Shown: piece by piece, positions 61,096-64,000 of the stretch
Layout of the letters: each line of letters opens with the position of its first letter
Numbering within the stretch: position 1 is the stretch's first letter
Assembly: GCA_008632985.1 (NCBI GenBank)
Contig: QPGO01000067.1
Coordinates: 196,142 to 260,141, forward strand
From: Psammoneis japonica
Taxonomy: Eukaryota
DNA: 64,000 bases
Direction of reading: 5' to 3'
Notes under the pieces: model-generated
Told to the model about the DNA's origin: nothing
Databases searched by the model: none
The model's input: only the letters and a program-made list of their open reading frames with translations
Position numbers and translations under genes: made by a program

Positions 61096-61337
61096 CACCT
61101 GGCTGGCACCACAGTGCAAGGACAGCTGCGACAGCACTTTCTGCTGTCAGCAAAGAGTGTGAGCTGGCTGGACTGCCCAACCCCACACTTCACAGCTCCT
61201 TGGCAGTCACTCTAAATCATGTGCCAACTTGGGGTCAACCACACCTGGCTGGCTGCAATGCAAAGACAGCTGTGGCAGCACTTTGTGGCAGAGTGTGAGC
61301 TCCTGGCTGGGCTCCCAACCCCACACTTCACAGCCCC
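61096..61337. repeat. Two diverged ~100-bp direct repeats inside block E
   Basis: cacctggctggc...gacagctg...cagcacttt...agagtgtgagct...ggctgg..cccaaccccacacttcacagc at ~61096 and ~61240. Confidence 0.8.
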
Positions 61338-62249
61338 TCAGCAATGGCTCCCAACCAAATGACAACTTGGGACCAATGGCTGTGAAGTGCCATTGTTTCA
61401 AATTCCTGTGCCTGGCCCCTCACACAGCTTTGCACAGGGTCAACATGTGTGTGTGGCCTCTTTGCAAGATGGGCCCCTGGCTGGCTGCTGACTCAGCCAC
61501 GGCTTGCAACAAGAAGCCACCACAACACAGAGCATTGTGGGGTGAGTGCAGCACAGCTTGAACAAGCAAACCATGCTGAGATCACCCAGAGTTGGCTGCT
61601 GTCCTGGGGCTCCATTCAAAGCTGAGCTGGGCTGCTTGGCTCCTTGGTGTGCAGCACATGCTTGGCATCACATTCTTGTCGCCAAACAGCCACATGGCAT
61701 GTGCCCACCATTTGTGTCTGCAACAGCGACCCCAGTCACAAAGAAAAGGTTGAACCTGCTTTTGTGGTTGAAGAGTGAAGAAACTGTGAGCGAAGTTGGG
61801 TTCAAGATTTGTTGGCAATGCCAAGTGGGCAGCCAAAGAGAGGCACCAAAAATGGCTGTTCTTGCTCATTTCTCAAGAGGAGCTTGCACTCATGATGCAG
61901 GGTCTGAAGCAAGCACCAGTCAAGACAACAGTTTTTTCTCTCTGCCCCACTTGAAACACAGCCTTTGAGTCAATGTGGTGCTCCTTCAACAATTTGCACA
62001 CACTTGGATGAGCAGAGCTGGAGCCAGGGCAGCTGGCCTGGCAGGGCTTGGCTGACACCCAAGCTGGGCTGCTCAGCTTGGTGGCACACACTCAGTGTCA
62101 CATCTCTTTGCACCTGCAGCAACCACCCTGGACCAAAAGAAGCCAGTGCAACTCTGGCCCTGGTTGCATGGTCAATTGTGTGTGTGTTCAATGGTCGAAT
62201 CCCCTCTTTTTTTCTCTTTTCCTTTGACCGGCCACGAACATGAAAAAAT

Positions 62250-63800
62250 TGCCGAACTGCCATGGTTCCTACAACGCCTCGAGGAATTGGGCCCTCAACA
62301 CGGTGTCCGCCTCAATCGCTCCAAGACACACACACTCACCTCAATGACCGGCACCAGCCCCCTGCCAAACTTGCCCCCAACAAGTGCCAACGCCCTCCGC
62401 CAAGCCCTGCATTTCCTCAACCCTGCTGACGATCCTGCCCTGCATCCCGAAATCACCACTGGCCTCCGCTTCCTTGGCCAACCCATTGGCAGCCCCACCT
62501 TTGCCCACACCTGCCTTGAACAAAAAGCTGACACCTTCCACACCAACCTCAACAGACTCTCATCACACCTCCATGACACCCAAACCAAAAGCTCCCTCTG
62601 CCACACCTGTGCCATCCCATCACTCCTGCACCTGCTGGCGTCCGACGTCCACTTCAACTTCAACCCAGACAACCCACAACCCCTCACTTCCTGGACTTCA
62701 CCTTTCCAACAAGAGGTCCAATGCCACTGCGACACCTGCCTGCAACATCTTACAGTGCAACCACTGCCACTGCCACCGCACGCCACGCTCCTCGCCCACC
62801 TCCCAGCATCCTCCGGCAGCGTCGGCTGCCGATCCACATCCACCTCCACCATCCCCTTCCTCGTCTCTCAACTCACTCGCTCCTTTCGACATGCAACACA
62901 CGGACCGGTCACAGGCCAGGACAACCCCCTCAAGCTCCCACCTTTCTACGCTCGCTCCCTCCGCGCCTGGGCCACCTCCCGCCGCCCCTTGCACCTGTGT
63001 CAGGTCTTTCAACACTGCGGCAAAGCTGCTGCACACACTCTCGACCCCCCCCCCCCACCTTCCCTGAAAGCCTTAGTCAAAACGCACCCGCTGCGCAACC
63101 TTTCCCACACCCTCCATCATGCACACTTCGAATGCATGCTCGCAGACCTGCGCCTGCATGGACCATCGCACATCACCCATGCGCTCCCGTCCCCCTTCTC
63201 TCTCCACTCACAAGTCTCGCCCTCCACTCCCTTGCTCGCACGCTGCCTCAACAACGCCCAAACCCTGAACAGTTCCGCCTGATGCTACAATGCAAATTGC
63301 GGCTCCCCATCTTGCTGAATCAACTCGCACCTGCCTCTTGCCCCTCTTGCTCCGGCACCATCAACCCATGCGGTGACCATGCCTTTTGTTGTCGATCCCT
63401 CGGACACAAAACAACCATGTCCAACGCCATCCGCGACGGCCTCTGCGCTGCTTTCCAAACACTTGCTCCACTCTCCGGCATCTGTGCCGACTCTTCTGCC
63501 GCACACCATGAACCAACCAATCCAATGCCTCATTCACCCCTCAAACGCCCTGCTGATGCAGGCATCCAGCTTACCCCAGCCGCCTCTGCCGCCTCCCCTC
63601 TTGGCCACCGACACCTCGCCATTGACATCACTGTCCCTGAACCCCCCCATTGCCTGCTCCTGGCTTGCCTGCCCCCACTCTTAACCCTCACACTGAGACA
63701 CACCACACGAGCACAAAACGGAAGTTCAACGGAACCCACGAGACCCAACACGAAGCAACCCTTGCACCCGCCCTCAACAACGCCGGTGTTTTTTTCCCTT
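62250..63800 (+). mobile_element. Hypermutated CRE-like non-LTR retrotransposon relic (RT C-terminus, zinc knuckle, restriction-like endonuclease)
   Basis: G.RLNRSKT, GLRFLGQPIGS..FA, LP.SSG.VG.R, LRLPIL..CPSC....GDHAFCC, IRD.L, EP....KRPAD...LAIDITV (PD-(D/E)xK type). One Tyr in the 395-aa ORF. Confidence 0.82.
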
Positions 63801-64000
63801 TGCCATTGACCACCTGGGAGCTCCAGGCCACTTCACCCACTGCCTTCTTTTTGGTGCCAACCAAGACCTCCCCATCCCTGCTCCACCCGCCCCACCTTGG
63901 AACACTGAAACCTGTTTTCAACACCTGCTGCCCACGCCGCACATGACTGTGCCCAACAATCCCTGTCTGCCATCCTCCCTGCTGCCACCGCCACCTGGCA

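Larger units (their letters stand above)
60200..64000. other. TpA-depleted block E (graded left edge 60200-60430)
   Basis: About 9 TA in 60430-64000 by manual scan. Confidence 0.88.

Overview
Eukaryotic nuclear DNA, almost certainly from a diatom. Support: short GT-AG introns, an AdoMetDC-aminopropyltransferase-SET fusion of the diatom long-chain-polyamine type, and Tic22-like and other plastid-type presequences. About 18 intact or probably intact genes are present: ankyrin protein, aldo-keto reductase, a giant repeat-plus-PqiA membrane protein, YchJ-like, histidine-phosphatase-like, the polyamine fusion, Tic22-like, DUF6604-like, BIG/Sec7 ARF-GEF, macrodomain, WRKY19-like zinc finger, ShKT-glutathione peroxidase, three choice-of-anchor B paralogs, an HTTM protein and a SIRT6/7 sirtuin. 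There is also a G8-family pseudogene. Many genes carry 1-bp frameshifts that look like assembly indels. The standout signal is five blocks, most with sharp edges (about 1-3985, 42480-46435, 48860-52430, 54700-55690, 60200-64000; roughly 16 kb), in which TpA is almost eliminated. Hand counts give about 2-3 TA per kb versus about 37 per kb in a neighbouring gene. CpG is also reduced and CA/TG is greatly enriched. These blocks hold non-LTR retrotransposon relics and dead gene copies whose Tyr codons have become His or Cys. Surviving TAs are mostly YTAR and never RTAY. This looks like a repeat-targeted, context-specific T:A>C:G hypermutation process, RIP-like but opposite in polarity to fungal RIP. 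I am not aware of a description of it. All counts are manual and approximate.
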